Below, piece after piece: positions 23,404-36,967 of a stretch of 47,593 bases of DNA. Made by a program: the position numbers and the translations under genes. Location of the stretch: assembly GCA_002269645.1 (NCBI GenBank), contig NIVC01003486.1:1-47593 (forward strand), written 5' to 3'. Within the stretch, counting starts at the first letter, position 1. Every line of letters starts with the position of its first letter. Source of the DNA: Macrostomum lignano (taxonomy: Eukaryota). Under the pieces are notes generated by a model. That model had not been told where the DNA came from, ran no database searches, and saw only the letters and a program-made list of their open reading frames with translations.

Positions 23404-25890
23404 TGTCCCGAATACGGGACAAGCAGCCACTTCTGCTGCAGCCGAAAACTTAAAACTAAGTTCTATGGTCAAAACTGCAGCTGCGCTGCACTGCCGTTGC
23501 CGACGGCCATGTCCCAAAAACGGGACACACTGCTTTATTTTAATTTAAAACAAGTGAAATTGCTAACAAAACAGAAACAGGATTAGAACAGATAATTTTG
23601 GATTGACACCATAGCAACGGAAAGCTCCTTGTTAGGGTACTCCATAAATATTTACTTAAATTTTATTCAAGGGTGGGGACAAAAAGGAGAGCGGGTTAGA
23701 AATGGAGAGAGCAAAGTCAACCGGGGGTGTGGAAGAAAAAAACATGAAGACGAGGTCTGTAACAGTCAGTGCGGTTGGCTGTGCCAGTTTCTAAAGCACT
23801 GGCCTATGCAAAGTGCTGGTACTCCCGGACAATCAGGGCATATTTACACGGTCTTCTTCGCGATTCGGTTCTCGCTGCACACGCGGCATCGATTGCGCGG
23901 CCGAACATTGGCAGCGTTCAATGGAGCTTTGGTCGGCAAATGCTGTACTGCAGGGCCGTCACCTGCCGGTCCGACTGCTGCAGGACGGCCTGCCCTGACA
24001 GCGAAATGGCGCCTGCCCCTGCCAGTCTCCTCCACCAAAATGCTGACCGCTTTGCGCAGAAACGCCACGAAAGTCTTGGTACCTCCGTGCTGGCGGTAGA
24101 CGATCCACGAGTTCCGAACTAGAAGCAGCAGCAGGTAAAACGCAAGTTTCTGAAACCAGCGCAGCGTCTTCCGGCTGGCCAGGTAGGGGTTCGCTGCCGA
24201 ATCCATACGGTCCACGCCGCCCATACTCTTCGAGTAGGTGACCACTGTCACTGGCTTCGCGATCACCTGCTGCTCGCCTCCCCGACGGACTCGTGGCACG
24301 TTCACACAGGCAGCCTGCCCAGCAGTGTCCAGGAGATACACGGTCTTTGTTCCGCTGCTCTTCCTGTCCACGAACTTACAAGCGAGCACCTCACCGTTCC
24401 TCGCGAAAGCCGCCGCAGTCGGTCGCAGTTGCAGTTGCTGCAGCAACTGCGGGACGCCTCGATTGCTGCGCACAGTGCCGGTCAGCCGAGTTCCATTCGC
24501 TAGCAGCCAAACGGCCAGCCGATGCGACGTGAACCAGCTGTCCGTGAACACGTTATAATTCATGAGCAGGAGTTCACGGCACAGCTCGGCCACAATTCGC
24601 TCACTAATAGAGAGGCCGCCGCACTCGAGTCCCAGTCCAAACTGTGCATTCGCGTGCTCCGTGGAGTGGACTGCGAAATTCCACAAGTAGCCAGTCTCCG
24701 ACTCGCACAGGCAGTACAGCTTGACACCGTATCTGCTCCTCTTAGTCGGGATGTACTGCTTGAACAGCAGACGCCCCTTGTACAAGACGAGCGTTTCGTC
24801 CACGGAAATGTGCTGACGCGGCATGTAATTGTTGCTGCACACCTGCTGCAGCTGGTGTAGAAATGGCTGGATTTTGGCCAAGGGCCCTTCCTGAACATCC
24901 GTGCAGTCGTAGAAACGAAGGCAGGAAAGCAGCTGCTTGAACCTATCTCTCGAGAGGGCATTGGGCATTGACAGAAAGGAGCAATTGAAAACAGGGTCCT
25001 GGCTCCAGTAGCTGCTGATCTCCGGCTTTTTGTCCAGGCCCATCAACAGAACAATCCCGAACAGCTTCCTCACCTCATCGTCTGTACAATCTTTCCAGTT
25101 CTTTACCAGCTTCGGCAACTGCTCTTCGCCAGCGCACTCCTCGAATATCTTCCACGCCCTACGATTCGTCCAGGTTTTCACGCTTGCAATAATTCCATCA
25201 GTGAGGTACAGACGCAGAAACTCCTCTTCGTTTCCATCAGCTGAAGCTGGAGGCCTCCAATCTGGGCGAACCCCTGCGGTGTTCCCAGAAACTCGGCTTC
25301 ATTCGGCACAGCATCCATTCTAGCCTGAACAAACTGCCACTCTGGTACATCACCAACTTCCTCTGTCTGCATGCCTTCTTCTTCTTCTGCTTCTTCGCCT
25401 TCTTCCTCCATAATCTCGTCCTCGACTCCATCTAGCGACTCCAGTGAGTCGTCATCAGTGAAAATTTCTGCGTATTCGTTTTCAGATTCCATGGCAAGAA
25501 CAACGCGAGGAAGCGCAGCAGCCAGTGAGACAGTAAATATATAGCTATTTAATTGTAATTGGACAGGGCCCTAAACGACTAAACGAATATATTTAAGACA
25601 TTAAACTAGGGGGGGGGGTGAAGATAATAAAATGAGGGGGTGGAACTCGTGACTAAAAAGAGGCGAGGTTGAAGAGCCAATCAGAAGGCAGCGAGGGAAA
25701 CAGATAAAAATAACAAGACTGAACTGGACCAAGAGGAAAAAACAGTAAACAGAGACAAGTGCAGATGAACTGAAGAAATGACAACGACAGTCGCGACAGA
25801 GAGAAACCGGCGGGAAAGGGGGTGCTGCAGCAGCAACTTTAGCGACTGTCCAATAGTCTATGTCCCGATTTCGGGACAGCCGTCGGCAAC
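23404..25890 (-). mobile_element. piggyBac DNA transposon (ends degraded or uncertain)
   Basis: Transposase flanked by an imperfect inverted repeat, 23496..23527 vs 25861..25890 (gttgccgacggc..tgtcccNNNNNcgggaca). No clean TTAA target duplication at these repeats. Confidence 0.85.
23766..25492 (-). pseudogene. piggyBac (PGBD4-like) transposase with one frameshift and one premature stop
   Basis: Acidic N-terminus; ISVDETLV, FTDSWFTS and MGGVDRMD catalytic motifs; Cys-rich tail CRVC...KKTV*ICPDCPGVPALCIGQCFRNWH. Frameshift at the A-run 25289-25291; in-frame TAA at 23844-23846; true stop at 23766-23768. Confidence 0.93.
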
Positions 25891-27703
25891 AGGGGTGATG
25901 CTAAACACCACCCGTCGCGTAGAGGTTTTAAAATGAAATCGTATCGTTAAAACTTGAATCAAGTCAAAATTTCATCTGTTGAAATGTAGTAATGGTTTGC
26001 GTTAACGCGAATAACAGTTCAATAAAGAGTAAGATTCGGGTATATAATCAACACAGAACAACATATGTTCCTTGGGGGTTGGCCTTCATAGCTGTAAATC
26101 GCACGACAACGATCGCACGATTTGAATTGGTGACCATTTTTAGGACGAAAGGACAACAGCCAACATAAGACAAAATTACAAATAAGTAAATCAACACAAG
26201 ATACAAGGGTTAAAAATATTGTCGCATAATTGTCTTAATACGCAGGGATCAAGAACCATTTTCCTCTCTGAATGGGATTGAGAAAGTGTAAAACATTGTT
26301 TTGCTTTTTGAAGTCAGACAACAAAACATTAAAATTGCATGGGCAATTGAGGTTCAAAGACGCTGTTACCTCAGCAATAAATTCCCACAAGTCACAAGTT
26401 TATCTAGAAAAGTTTTGGAGAGCGGCAACGCTCACAACGCAGCTGTGTCTTCTAAATGGATGTAGCAGAGTTGCTTTTCAGACCACTGAATGGAGCTTTG
26501 ACAAGAACGAAATCCGGTTTCCGGTCGTAATTCATGAAAAACAATAGCTAGATAAACTTGTGTCAGGGCACCTTGTGTGCTTGATTCATTTGGAATTGGA
26601 AAGCCCAGAAAGTGAATTGTTGGGAACTTTTTATCCGAGCTATGCACCGAAAATTGCAATAATTTCAGTTCTAAAGGTGTTTTCAAAGAACAGAAACACA
26701 CAGAAACGTGGGTGTGCTAATTGAAATGACTATGCAACACTTTACTTGATCTTTCGGTGACAATTTGCAGCTTGATTTGACTTGTTGCCATTTGACTTTG
26801 AATCTTGCACTGAGTTATTTACACTTTAGTTGGTGATTTTGCTACTTGAGTAACTTGACCGGAGAACCCAATTCAACATTTGTAACGGGGCAGAGGTGTT
26901 TAAACAAAAATCTCATTAGTGAAGAGTTTGGACCAAGTCAGGCCTGAAAACGCAGACCATCTGTAGATCGCAATTAGCAACATGTTAAAACCATCAGCGC
27001 GTAATTACTCAAAGTTAAGACTTCATGCAGGTCAGGCTCTCCTAAGTTTCAGTCGCTGGTGCGAAGTGTCTGCGGTCGCATCTGCTGCAGCCGGTACTGC
27101 TGTCTCGATCTGAAACCGGACATTGCTTTGATGCAGTGAGTAAGCAAAACTGAAGAGTACCACTTAGGTCAGGTTCCAGTTAGTCTGAGTTCATCCAGTT
27201 CTGAGCGATGATTACTTGGTACTACCGGTATGCATCCTTAACAGCAGAACCACAAGGGAATTCACCCCTGACTATTTTTTTCTGCGCCGGAACGGAGCCA
27301 CGCAGGTACACGAAATTCAACAACACAGGCTAAATTTTTGTTGCGCATCTTTTCAAGCAGAATCAAGTCGCCAGCCCTCCGAATCATCGAGATATTCGAC
27401 AATTCTACCAGAAGGAAAAAATTTCGCTACGATGCTTTGGTCAAATCGAAGGCTTCAAATTTCCAGATCGGGTCACAAGGGATGGATTTGAGAAAATATG
27501 AGAATGCATTAGCCGTTTCTTAATTGCTAGCTATATTCTGTATTTATATTAAACAACTTACGCTCGTATGTAAAATCCGAAAGAGTCAATTATCTGAAGA
27601 AGGAGTTCCCAATCAATTACACTTTAGCTTTTAGGGCTAAGTTCTCTTGCTCTAGGTAGACCTTGATTTGGCAACTGAGGTTTGTTGTTGCTGTTGCTAG
27701 TAT

Positions 27704-27900
27704 GGGCTTTTAGCCTAGTAGTTAGAGCGTCGGACTCGCGACTTAAAGGTCGGGGGTTCGATTCTTGACCCACTCGGAGCAATTTGTGTCCTTGAACACG
27801 ACACTCAACTCTGCATTGCTTCAGTTCACCCAGCTGTAAAATGGATGCCAGCATTAGCTGGGGTAATTGAGGATGTGTATGGCGACCCCCCAGTCCTTGG
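27704..27900 (+). mobile_element. tRNA-derived SINE with CORE-like central domain
   Basis: Pol III A box tagcctagtagttagagc (~27711) and B box ggttcgattct (~27755), then tgtgtccttgaacacgacactcaactct...cagttcacccagctgtaaaatgg, resembling the CORE-SINE motif. The 3' end is approximate. Confidence 0.7.
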
Positions 27901-28005
27901 ACTGAACAGCCGTACGTAGCCTTCAGATGCGCCGCACAATAGCTGCGGCTGAGCTGTCGGTTGCACATCTGCCCATTTAGTGCAGGTGAAATCCAATATT
28001 ATTAT

Positions 28006-28080
28006 TGTAGTGTGCGTACGCACGGTATATTAGCCCAGTGGTACGCCTGGGCAGTCTGAATGGCTGCGGAGTGGGGTGGG
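28006..28080 (+). repeat. Truncated 5' LTR
   Basis: 71/75 identity to 29670..29744; starts TGTAG; fused directly to pol sequence. Confidence 0.88.
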
Positions 28081-29440
28081 CAGCTGAAGCGCAGCATCGC
28101 GGAGCCGACAACGCTGGCTTTTTACGACAAGCGGCTACACACGCAGCTGATCGTGGACGCGGGGCCGACCGGACTGGGCGCCATCCTGGCGCAGGTGCAG
28201 CGCGACGGCAGCTCAAGGCCGGTTGCATACGCCAGCCGGACCCTCTCCGATGTCGAGCGGCGATATTCGCAGACCGAGAAGGAGGCACTGGCCGTGAAGT
28301 TCGGCTGCCTGAAGTTTGAGTACTACCTGCATGGATCGCGCGAGTTCACAGTGGTCTCCGATCACAAGCCGCTGACGGCCATGTTCGCGTCTGGGTCGCG
28401 GCCGCCTCCACGAGTCGAGCGAATGACGCTGAGGATCCAGCACCTAGTGTTCAAGGTCGAGTACCAGCCGGGAGCCTCCGGCAGCCCCTAAGCGCGCACG
28501 GCAGAAGTTTTGGCGAGCAGCGGAGGGAGGCCTACATCAACGAGGTGGCGCAGGCGGCTGTGCCGATGGCGCTGACGCTCCGGGACATCCGCAAGAGCTC
28601 TGCCTGCGACCCAGTCATCCGGGCAGCGATTGCGACGACGCAAGACGGCCGGTGGGATCGCTCCAACCCCGAGATACGCTCACTCCACGCGCTGCGAGAA
28701 GAGCTGCCTGCGGTTGACCGGGTCCTCCGCAGGAGCTCGTGACAGACAATGGACCGCCCTTCTCGTCCAAGGAGTTCGGCCGATTCCTGGCGAGCTACGG
28801 GATCAAGCACCGCCTCATCACGCCCTACTACCCAGCGGCCAACGGCATGACGGAGCGACTCAACCGCTCCATCAACAAAGTCGTGCGCGCAGCCATCGAG
28901 GAGCGGCGGGACTGGAGGGCCGCTCTGGACGAGTGGCTGCTGGCCTACAAGAACACGCCGCACACGGCCACCGGGCGCGCACCAGCCGAGCTGCTGATGG
29001 GCCGGCGGCCAAACGACTTTATTCCCGCCGCCCGGCCGTCCCAGCGAGTCCGCATCAACGAGCAGCGGCTGAGAGACGCCGACGCCGGCGCCAAGGCGGC
29101 GATGAAGCAGCACGCGGACGCAAGGAGGCGACCACGGCAGCACGACGTCCAGGTCGGCGACTCAGTGCTACGATGGCGGGTCGGTGAAGACGCAGACGCC
29201 ATTCGAGAGCGATGCCTGGACGGTCCAGCGAGTGGCCGGCAACTCGCTGCTGCTACGCCGGGACGGCACGACCTGCTGGCGGCACTGCACGGCCCCGATT
29301 TGGCCGACGCCGGCATCCAGACGCAGAACGCTACACCGAGAGCTGCTGGCGAGGCGGCCCGAGATCCACCCGCCTCCCCGGTGGCGCTGCGCCCGCACCC
29401 CCGCGCTGCTCGGGCTGGCGTGAAAATCTACAAGGACTGA
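28081..29440 (+). pseudogene. Gypsy pol fragments: RNase H plus integrase core
   Basis: LIVDAGPTGLGAILAQ...VAYASRTLSDVERRYSQTEKEALAV...VSDHKPL; ELVTDNGPPFSSKEF...PYYPAANGMTERLNR. The HHCC finger and first catalytic Asp are missing (deletion near 28725). Confidence 0.92.
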
Positions 29441-29669
29441 ATTTTGAATCGTGGAGTGACTGAAATTAACAGAATTTTTTTTCTGTAATATGCGGACTGA
29501 AGTTTTTTTCAAGTTTTTGCTGCTGCATTCAATTCAAATATTTCATTTCCTCAATATTTTAATCTCCATTTTCAATACGCATCATCGGTGAATATTTCAA
29601 GTTTTGTATTTTCGAGTTACATTTAAATCGATTTTCTTCTCTCGCAGTCTCTATTCGAAAGGGGAGAGA

Positions 29670-29827
29670 TGTAGTGTGCGTACGCACAGTATGTTAGCCC
29701 AGTGGTACGCCCGGGCAGTCTGATTGGCTGCGGAGTGGGGTGGGTGCCGCCACCCCAATTCTAACTCAAAAATATATAGACGCGTGCCCAGCGCGGCGAG
29801 ATTGTACCTCGTAAGAGTTTGGCTACA
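29670..29827 (+). repeat. 3' LTR, 158 bp
   Basis: TGTAG...CTACA inverted termini, immediately after the polypurine tract. Confidence 0.85.
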
Positions 29828-29918
29828 CAGCAAACACGGCCTCTGACTCAGTTACTACAATTATTACGAGCGTAGTATTGAATCGGTAGCATGCATGAAT
29901 TTCATTAGCCTACTCTAA

Positions 29919-31049
29919 TCAAGTCACAACCGACCCAAAGCGCGCATACCCGTCGGCCTGCAGCTCTCGTTCCCGCTGTTTCTGCAGCGATCGACGCAGC
30001 TTCGCTTGCTGCCGCAGCTGCTTTTCCAGACGCTTCCGAAGGCACCGGCGTCGGCTACGGTGCTGACGCAACCGCCGTCGCCGCCTGTACTTCTGCATGC
30101 TGCTGCGCAGGAACCATCGCACCGATCGGCTGTAGCAAAGGAGCACCAGAAAGTTCAGGCAGGAGTCAACCGGTACGAACACCATGCCCCAGGTGGCCAG
30201 CTCCTCCAGCACCTGCAGCCTGGCAAAATCAGATTGGTCCAACGGCAGTGTCAAACTGTTCAACAGGTAGCCGCAGGTGACGGTATAGGTTATAGCCAGT
30301 GGAGACTCGAGTAGCACGAAGCCGATGGACAGAGTCAGAACCATCTTCGTCACCCGGTTGGTGGCCCGGTGCGGCGCCAGTCGGTAGCGCAGGGCGTGCG
30401 CGATCTTGGCGGTAGCGGCCAGAATCGCCAGGCCTGGCAGCATGACGCCCAGAGCGGCGAAGCTCACCGACTTGATGAGGTAGACGCGAATATAAGCCAC
30501 GAGAGCATTCTCTGCAGTTGCATTGGCTTGCTTATCCACTGCACCAGTCAGCGTGGGACTTCTAGCGAGCAGAGTCAGAGTCGAGAGGCACACAATCAAG
30601 CACACAATCGAGAACTGATGCCTGCCGCGAAAATAGTCATTCCGTTGGGCGGCCAGCTGAGGCCGCACCGTGATGGCCATTCGGTGCAGAGTGACGGCCA
30701 GCAGCCAGTAGTTGCGAGTCATCTGAACGGCGTGAACTCCGAGCCCGAGCTCCTGCGGCAGAGCTCCGGGGTCCTTGGCCGCCATCATGCTGATGAACAG
30801 CGACAGTAGGGCCACACTGAGCAGTATTTCCATAACAGTGAGCACCTGCATGCCGGCAGAGCGTTCGCGCACCTGGCTGCGAATCAGGATGAACAGCAGA
30901 AACGAGTTCAGCACGAGGGCGAATGTGGCGAATGTTGCCACTAGTCCGATGGCCGCTTGAGTCGACATGGAAACGTCTTTGAAGCCAGCAATGGCCGGAG
31001 CGGATGAGTTCATGCCATTGGTAGCATTCTCAAGCAGGTCGGCGTCCAT
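29919..31049 (-). CDS. Intronless rhodopsin-like 7TM GPCR, 376 aa, copy C
   Basis: Intact ORF; the protein matches copy B except near the C-terminus (SVVT vs SVLT). Confidence 0.88.
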   Translation of the reverse strand: MDADLLENATNGMNSSAPAIAGFKDVSMSTQAAIGLVATFATFALVLNSFLLFILIRSQVRERSAGMQVLTVMEILLSVALLSLFISMMAAKDPGALPQELGLGVHAVQMTRNYWLLAVTLHRMAITVRPQLAAQRNDYFRGRHQFSIVCLIVCLSTLTLLARSPTLTGAVDKQANATAENALVAYIRVYLIKSVSFAALGVMLPGLAILAATAKIAHALRYRLAPHRATNRVTKMVLTLSIGFVLLESPLAITYTVTCGYLLNSLTLPLDQSDFARLQVLEELATWGMVFVPVDSCLNFLVLLCYSRSVRWFLRSSMQKYRRRRRLRQHRSRRRCLRKRLEKQLRQQAKLRRSLQKQRERELQADGYARFGSVVT

Positions 31050-31293
31050 CTGCTTGGCTTGACAGTTTGGTCGTCGGGGTGCAATGAGTTGTTTTTACTC
31101 TCCGTGTTAGCAACTGCGCGCTCGCTGAAGCAGCGCAGATCGCCGAGGAGACAGGAAATAAGTAGACAGAGCTGTCCTAACTGAATGTAGGAGGCAGAGC
31201 AGCCTCTGATCTGATTGGCTGAGAAAGTGATTGGATTGTGATGGTGCAGTATTGCTTTCTAGTGCTTGAAGTTTAATACAACAGAAGGGGGCT

Positions 31294-32634
<1,341 letters not shown>

Positions 32635-35576
32635 GTTTGTTTGTTGATTGAATAACTTAGTGAGTGATTTATGATTTTATTTACTTAATGGTAGATTAAT
32701 CATTAACTTTAATAATTTTTAACAAGTAAAGTCAGCCACTGTAGCAAACAAAAACAAACAAAGCTTTCTCGAGCCGCAGTATTACGTGCGCTAGGTTGAC
32801 CCTTCCAGTAAAATAATAATTCTGTGCGCTCTTTTGTTCGCTCTATTCATGTGATTCCTTCCCACCTCTTCGGCCTAACTGCCTGACTGGGTATCAGCTG
32901 CACAGGGATTGAGGACGTGTCTGCGCTAATGCGTCACTCTGAACGTCTCTCGCCGCGCATTGTTCCCACGCATCTGAGCGATGGGTTGCCCGGGTCTACC
33001 GAGGTAATTTTCTGTCGAAAAAGCTCTGCCCTCTCAATTTTTGCAATCCTATACTTTTCATTGCTTGCTCGCGAATTGAAGCTTGCAACCCATCATTTCC
33101 TGAGACTCTCAAGGCACTTAGGGTTGCCGTCTATCTTCAGTATAGCCAAATGCCAACTGTGCATTCCCAAATCAAGCCAAGCAAAAGTCAGGCAATCCTG
33201 CCAGAAGATATCTCGGATCAGATCAAATAAAATAACTCCGCTGAACCGTCAAAAGTCTAAAGGACAACCTCACACTGAGCCCTTAGCTTAATTATGTAGA
33301 TGCTATATAGTGAAATAAATTTCACATCTTTAAGGCTTGTCGAAGGTTAATTAATTAGGAATGATGATATCTGAAGCAATCTGATTGTTTCTGCAAGTTG
33401 TATATTTCTTGCTTAGAGTCACCACTACTAAAGCATTCCTGTGATTTTTTATTTATGATGATTTATAATATATGAGCTATAAGATAGACATATCAAGAGA
33501 TGGACATTGGGTCTCCCTTCTGTATTCAAAAGCAATAAAAATGTTTGTGCTGAAAAAAATGAAAAAAACTCCTATCTCCATAGTGTATGTTTTTGGTAAA
33601 AACTGCCTCCTAAAATTTTCCAAGGAGGCTTTCATGTCTCTCTTTTCTCTGAAATCTGGATCAAACAGAGCCAGGGTAACCACATGTGATAGGCAAATTT
33701 CCAACGGATATCGAATTTCATTGCATTTCCTGAAAAACAAGCGAAAGGATTGCCTGTAGAGAGTCTTGTCGAGGACCGCTTAGTAAAGTCGAATCAAGAA
33801 GGTCTTGTATGAAGATAATCTTTGAGCTGGTTTAGTTTGGCTGATTGCCTAGAGGTAAGCTACACTAAAGCTGGGAGACCTTGTACCGGAACCTTTATTG
33901 AGCACCAACTGTTCCCTCCAATCCTTATTGGCAGACATTATTCAGCTGATTTCAGCTTTTAATTTTATAAAAAAAGGACTGGACCTTCGCTTTTGACAGC
34001 ACAATGACATTCGATAGAGGTAATGATGGGACTGAAATTTGAATTATTGTGCCCAAAACTCGGTCAATAGTAAAACATTTCTGCATCATTTCAGGCTCTT
34101 GAAATTGTTTGTTGTTTGCTGTTGTTGAAAATGTATAAAAGTGTTCGTTGCGTTTCGTTGAGAAAGTATGTACGCTTTCACTCCAGGTATTTCAGATTTC
34201 CCGGACTTAAAATGTTAATGCAAGTGCATTTGCTCACTGAAGTACCCACAGAGAATATGATGTCTGATAACTGCATCAACAGAAAATACTTTATCGGTAG
34301 ATTTAACGGTATCGAGTGAATATTTCTACATGGAAATTTAAATTTTCCTTCCTTCAAAATGGAAAGCAAAATAGATGAAAACATTTACAGTGTTGGATAG
34401 CTACCTTCTAATAGATTTGCCCGCATCAAAGTGTCATAAATGTCTAGGTTGATGGCGTTCCGTCTTAGCGACTTAATCTTTTGCTCAAAATTGAATTCCA
34501 ATTTAAGCATCTAAGCAGCTCACGCAGAGCAAAGCAGACGATATGAAAGTAGAAACTTCTTCTGCCTCGTGCTCATACTCAAGCTAGTTGCAGTAGCTCG
34601 TATGCAACAGTCTTGATATGACTATAAAATTTGCATTTACCAAAAGTTTTAATTTATCTGCATGAATTCTTTCATCTTCATCAGTTCGCGTGCAAAGCTT
34701 ACGAATATTTCTGCTTTGAGATTAAAGCGCAAAAGTGCCGTAAAACCTTTTGTAAACGAATAATTTATCACATAGTTGTTAAAAATTTGGTTAAAATAGC
34801 TGGTAATGCAAGTCGATAGAAATATGACACGGGATTGCACGTGGAACTATGACTATCTAATGTTGGAAAAAGGATAGGGTAGCATGTGCATTTCCCCTAG
34901 ATGTATACGAACTAACTTTCAACATCCGATCCAGCTCACCAGCCATACCTTTTGACTTAATTCGGCCTGACCAATGTGCAGTAGCTATATATACAACAGA
35001 GAGTACCATCAAAGTTTCTTTACAGTCCGGCAATATGTTAGTTAATACTTTTTTTGAGGATTAACCACTAAATGTATATAATTTTATAGATTTTTGGCAA
35101 TATATTAGTCTGATCAATCTCATTCTCAATTATGTCACTCAATTAACTAACATTTCATCAGAATCGACTCCTGTTGAATATCATAATATCATTAATCCAG
35201 CGGTATCAACCTCAATCGAGGCATTGCCACTTTCAATCGAGCTTCGTTTTTATCATATCCTGCACTGAAAGGGTATTTAATAGGTCTATAAATATTTGCA
35301 AAAAGGTGTCAATTAAATAGCAATTAATTTTGATCGGCTGAATGAATTGAATTGAATTGGCAAGAGTGGGAGACTTGACAATCGATCTCATCTCATAATC
35401 GTTTTCGTTTGATCTTTGATCACTACTCATTAATATTATGTGTTTTGTCTATTTTCTCGCGCGCGCTATTGTCCATTGACAAAAATACACAGATATATAG
35501 ATTTTTCTGGACATTATGTAATGCATTATCCGTAATTTCATTTGGTAATACTCAATAATATACCGTAAAATCTTTA

Positions 35577-36808
35577 TGGTTACGTAAAATTACCAAACAT
35601 CCACCGTATAGCTGCATTGTAAAGACGGTATATTTCTTGTGCATTAGATGACTCAAGCCAATGCGCGATCACGATTAGCGTTTAATGCACGCTGAATTGT
35701 GTTACAATATGAGCATTTTTTATTCCTGCATATGGTCCGACAAGTCTATTTTTAGAAACAGCAGGTTAGAAACAGAACAGAAGCATCAAAACGACGAGAC
35801 TAAGGAAAAGCAAGCAGCTATTGAGTCTACACTCAAACCCTTCTCGAACTCTACTCAAAAATTAACAGCTCAACATTTGTTTCGCCGTTTGCTAAAATCT
35901 TTATCCGCTTAGTTGGGGCTGCTACTGCAGGAGTCGTTTAAAATTTAAATGGTGCCTTTTCAACAACAAGTGACTTCTAGCGAAATTGGCGCTGATCCAC
36001 ACGAGACGGCAGTGGCAACAGCCCTTAAAGGTTGTGACGTTGGTGGTTCTTTTATTCTCCCAGTTCGTCGATTAATATCTACTAAAAAATATTTAATATG
36101 TACTTTATTTATATCAATTGGTTTCACTTTTACCAGGGTATGTTTATTGAAAATAGTAAGCAATGCTTTGTTTTACTGCATTAAATAGTTATATTTAACA
36201 TTTTGAATTCTGTGGCTTCGGAGAAGACTGAGCGTGGTGTGCCGCTGCTGTTCCTATCGCCAGTCATTTGATTTTAGTAAACACTGAAAAAAACAGTAGT
36301 TCAAGATCGCTCTCAATTTAGTAGTGTTACCCACTAAGGTCATCTTCGAAGCCACATTCCATTGACACTGCAATTGTTCGTTACCAGTTAGCATCAGCAA
36401 TAACCACTACATGTGTAACCTGCAAATATACATAATCCGTAATCGAATTATCGGCGCCGTCAGTTATCGTCACCACTAACTGTGTGTTTACTCACTACTT
36501 TAATAGCAGCCCGTCAGCACGCGAACTCGGACCAGATATCGTCACTAGGTGCTTCGCTCAAGGTAGACTTTGACGCCATTGTTAAACTAGCTAAAGCGTT
36601 TGTCAGCTGATCACTCATCCCTGCGATGATCAAGCCCATCTTCAATAGACTCGCATAATTTTTTAACGATACACTAGCTATTCCGTTGATTGGAATGAAA
36701 ATTAATAACTTTCTAACTACATGTAGAAAGCTTTCAACACTGATACTTACTTAATTGCAACTATAAACTAAAATAAAAAATACCCAACGTTGCGATCTGT
36801 CATCTACG
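35577..36808. other. ~1.2-kb segment present only in duplication copy 2
   Basis: Copy 1 reads ...cgtaaaatctttt cgttttttctacag... contiguously at ~5425. No TIR or TSD is recognisable. Confidence 0.8.
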
Positions 36809-36967
36809 CGTTTTTTTCTACAGTACAGCAAAGCTGGGACGAGTCTATTACAGACGCCATCGTTGAAGCTGATTTGAGCTCTAAAACTTTCCCTCTAAAC
36901 CATTTCAACCACTTCACCCAACTTCGCATCACTTCTTTTGGCTTCTTTTTGACTATTTTAATGGTCA

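Larger units (their letters stand above)
28006..29827 (+). mobile_element. Internally deleted Ty3/gypsy LTR retrotransposon
   Basis: Partial 5' LTR, RNase H, integrase core, polypurine tract aaaggggagaga and a full 3' LTR. Confidence 0.9.

Noticed and set aside
26196-26213. gatacaaggg-ttaa as the piggyBac 5' terminus, weakly matching ttgatcgttgtatctt at ~23372
   Set aside because: Short AT-rich match with no TTAA at the other end; may be chance.
27704-27775. tRNA gene
   Set aside because: The acceptor stem does not pair convincingly and the sequence continues into a SINE-type body, so it is called a SINE.
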